Positions 52,440 through 53,363 of a stretch of 53,363 nucleotides of DNA are shown here, one piece after another. Under the pieces are notes generated by a model, which saw only the letters and a list, made by a program, of their open reading frames with translations, was not told where the DNA came from and did not search any database. The position numbers and the translations under genes were made by a program. The DNA is from Nitrososphaeraceae archaeon (GTDB lineage Archaea > Thermoproteota > Nitrososphaeria > Nitrososphaerales > Nitrososphaeraceae). The stretch lies in contig DATGZA010000009.1 in NCBI GenBank assembly GCA_035297365.1, forward strand, positions 1 through 53,363, given 5' to 3'. The stretch's first letter is position 1, and each line of letters begins with the position of its first letter.

Positions 52440-52464
52440 TGGAGGGGATGGGATTCGAACTCAT
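52440..52464 (-). other. tRNA 3'-end fragment (T-arm + acceptor 3' strand), candidate att site
   Basis: Reverse complement ATGAG-TTCGAAT-CCCAT-CCCCTCC-A; no D or anticodon arm; about 65 bp upstream of the integrase start. Confidence 0.7.
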
Positions 52465-52540
52465 TCCTTGTATTCACGGTTTATACTCAAATATTGCTAG
52501 AGTAATGTTTATGGTACTTCTATCGATTGTGGGAACCTCA

Positions 52541-52916
52541 CTAAAAAGAATATTCGTCATTTTTCCAGGATTCTGTTATTGTAGCTTTTGCATTATCTTT
52601 ATCTTTCTTTATTTTAGTCTCTTCCGGTAACCTGTCAACCTCCTTTATTGTATTATACCTTATTCCATACTCCAGTGCATACAAATGTTTACACCTTTCG
52701 GACCTATTTGATTCAAAGTCTTTACAACTGCATCATTGAAAGACTGAAGGGTTAAATCTTACAAAGTAGTATCTTGAATCACTACTTTCAGATTCGACAT
52801 AATAGGTATTCTTATTCTGGAGGTGGGTATATATTTCGGGATAGGGAGATTGCCTTCCCCTTATTCGCTTGCCTGTCCTTTGTTTTTTCAATTTGTTTAG
52901 AAACTCTTTGTTTCAT
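52541..52916 (-). pseudogene. SWIM zinc-finger protein remnant
   Basis: TYYVESESSDSRYYFV...Q*CSCKDFESNRSERCKHLYALEY...SWKNDEYSF*; CxCx(n)CxH with an internal stop. Confidence 0.75.
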
Positions 52917-52918
52917 GT

Positions 52919-52945
52919 TATAGTATACTGTGTATAGTATACTAT
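52919..52945. promoter_or_regulatory. Tandem palindromic boxes TATAGTATACT x2, candidate operator
   Basis: Copies at 52919-52929 and 52933-52943; ATAGTATACTAT (52934-52945) is a perfect palindrome; lies between divergent SWIM and RHH genes. Confidence 0.5.
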
Positions 52946-53035
52946 TGAGAGTATATCCATTATATCTGATAGTAGTTAATATAATTTATATACCGATTAG
53001 TATAAAGTGTAGTTATGAAAAATAGTATAATCAAC

Positions 53036-53176
53036 ATGGTGAAGACTATCAAGATTAGCGACGAGATACATGCTAGACTTTCAAAACATGGGTGCATTGG
53101 GGAGACTTATGAGGATGTTATTGAAAGGTTGCTAGACTTCTATGATAGTAAGGGCAGACAACAAATACAGAAATGA
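53036..53176 (+). CDS. 46-aa ribbon-helix-helix DNA-binding protein (CopG/antitoxin-like)
   Basis: Manual translation MVKTIKISDEIHARLSKHGCIGETYEDVIERLLDFYDSKGRQQIQK*; KTIKIS beta strand and GETYEDVIERLL helix. Confidence 0.82.
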   Translation: MVKTIKISDEIHARLSKHGCIGETYEDVIERLLDFYDSKGRQQIQK

Positions 53177-53363
53177 GTCAAAATAATATTTATCCTAAAA
53201 CATGTACCTATGGTTGTGGCTTAATCTATTGGAATACTTCTGCAAATGAATATTTTGAAGTTCTAACACAAAAAAACATATCTGTACTAACAAGCCATGT
53301 ACTACCAGTACCAGACAATCAGCAACAAGTATGACGACTACTAATACTTAACCAACTTTTTAC
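53173..53363 (+). pseudogene. Small Cys/His protein coupled to the RHH gene, probably frameshifted
   Basis: ATGA overlap; MSQNNIYPKTCTYGCGLIYWNTSANEYFEVLTQK, then an A7 run after which the alternative frame reads HICTNK. Confidence 0.5.

Larger units (their letters stand above)
50877..53363. mobile_element. Decayed integrated element or its boundary, probably continuing beyond the window
   Basis: Integrase pseudogene, tRNA fragment, SWIM pseudogene and RHH module are adjacent. Confidence 0.65.

Noticed and set aside
52440-52520. Complete tRNA gene
   Set aside because: Only the T-arm and acceptor 3' strand are present; no matching 5' strand, D arm or anticodon arm
52430-52630. 66-aa ORF MTTMEGMGFELIP...
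   Set aside because: EGMGFE is the translation of a reverse-complemented tRNA T-arm; the rest is antisense to the SWIM remnant

Overview
AT-rich archaeal DNA. Gene content (GatDE, thermosome, exosome cluster, short-form XPF, GINS-MCM, fused AhbAB, a blue-copper protein, and recognisable integrase and IS remnants) points to an ammonia-oxidising thaumarchaeon, most likely Nitrososphaeraceae (Ca. Nitrosocosmicus-like; inference). Positions 1-3.4 kb are accessory: a Lys-rich peptide, a Mesh1/SAH-like HD protein and a decayed IS630. Positions 3.4-33.3 kb are a core housekeeping block covering translation, transcription, exosome, replication, heme/Fe-S and preQ0 genes. Positions 33.3-53.4 kb are accessory again. 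They carry a pore-less voltage-sensor-like protein, a subtilase facing a small Cys-rich secreted peptide, an intact but divergent nurA-herA-mre11-rad50 operon in non-canonical order, a membrane-anchored HNH nuclease, IS6 and ArsR pseudogenes, and the decayed end of an integrated element (tyrosine integrase pseudogene, tRNA 3' fragment, SWIM pseudogene, RHH gene with a candidate operator). The best candidate for an undescribed system is the island-borne NurA-HerA-Mre11-Rad50 module, possibly acting with the TM-HNH nuclease in anti-MGE defence. All calls come from motif recognition by eye; no database searches were run. No rRNA gene, complete tRNA gene or CRISPR array was seen.
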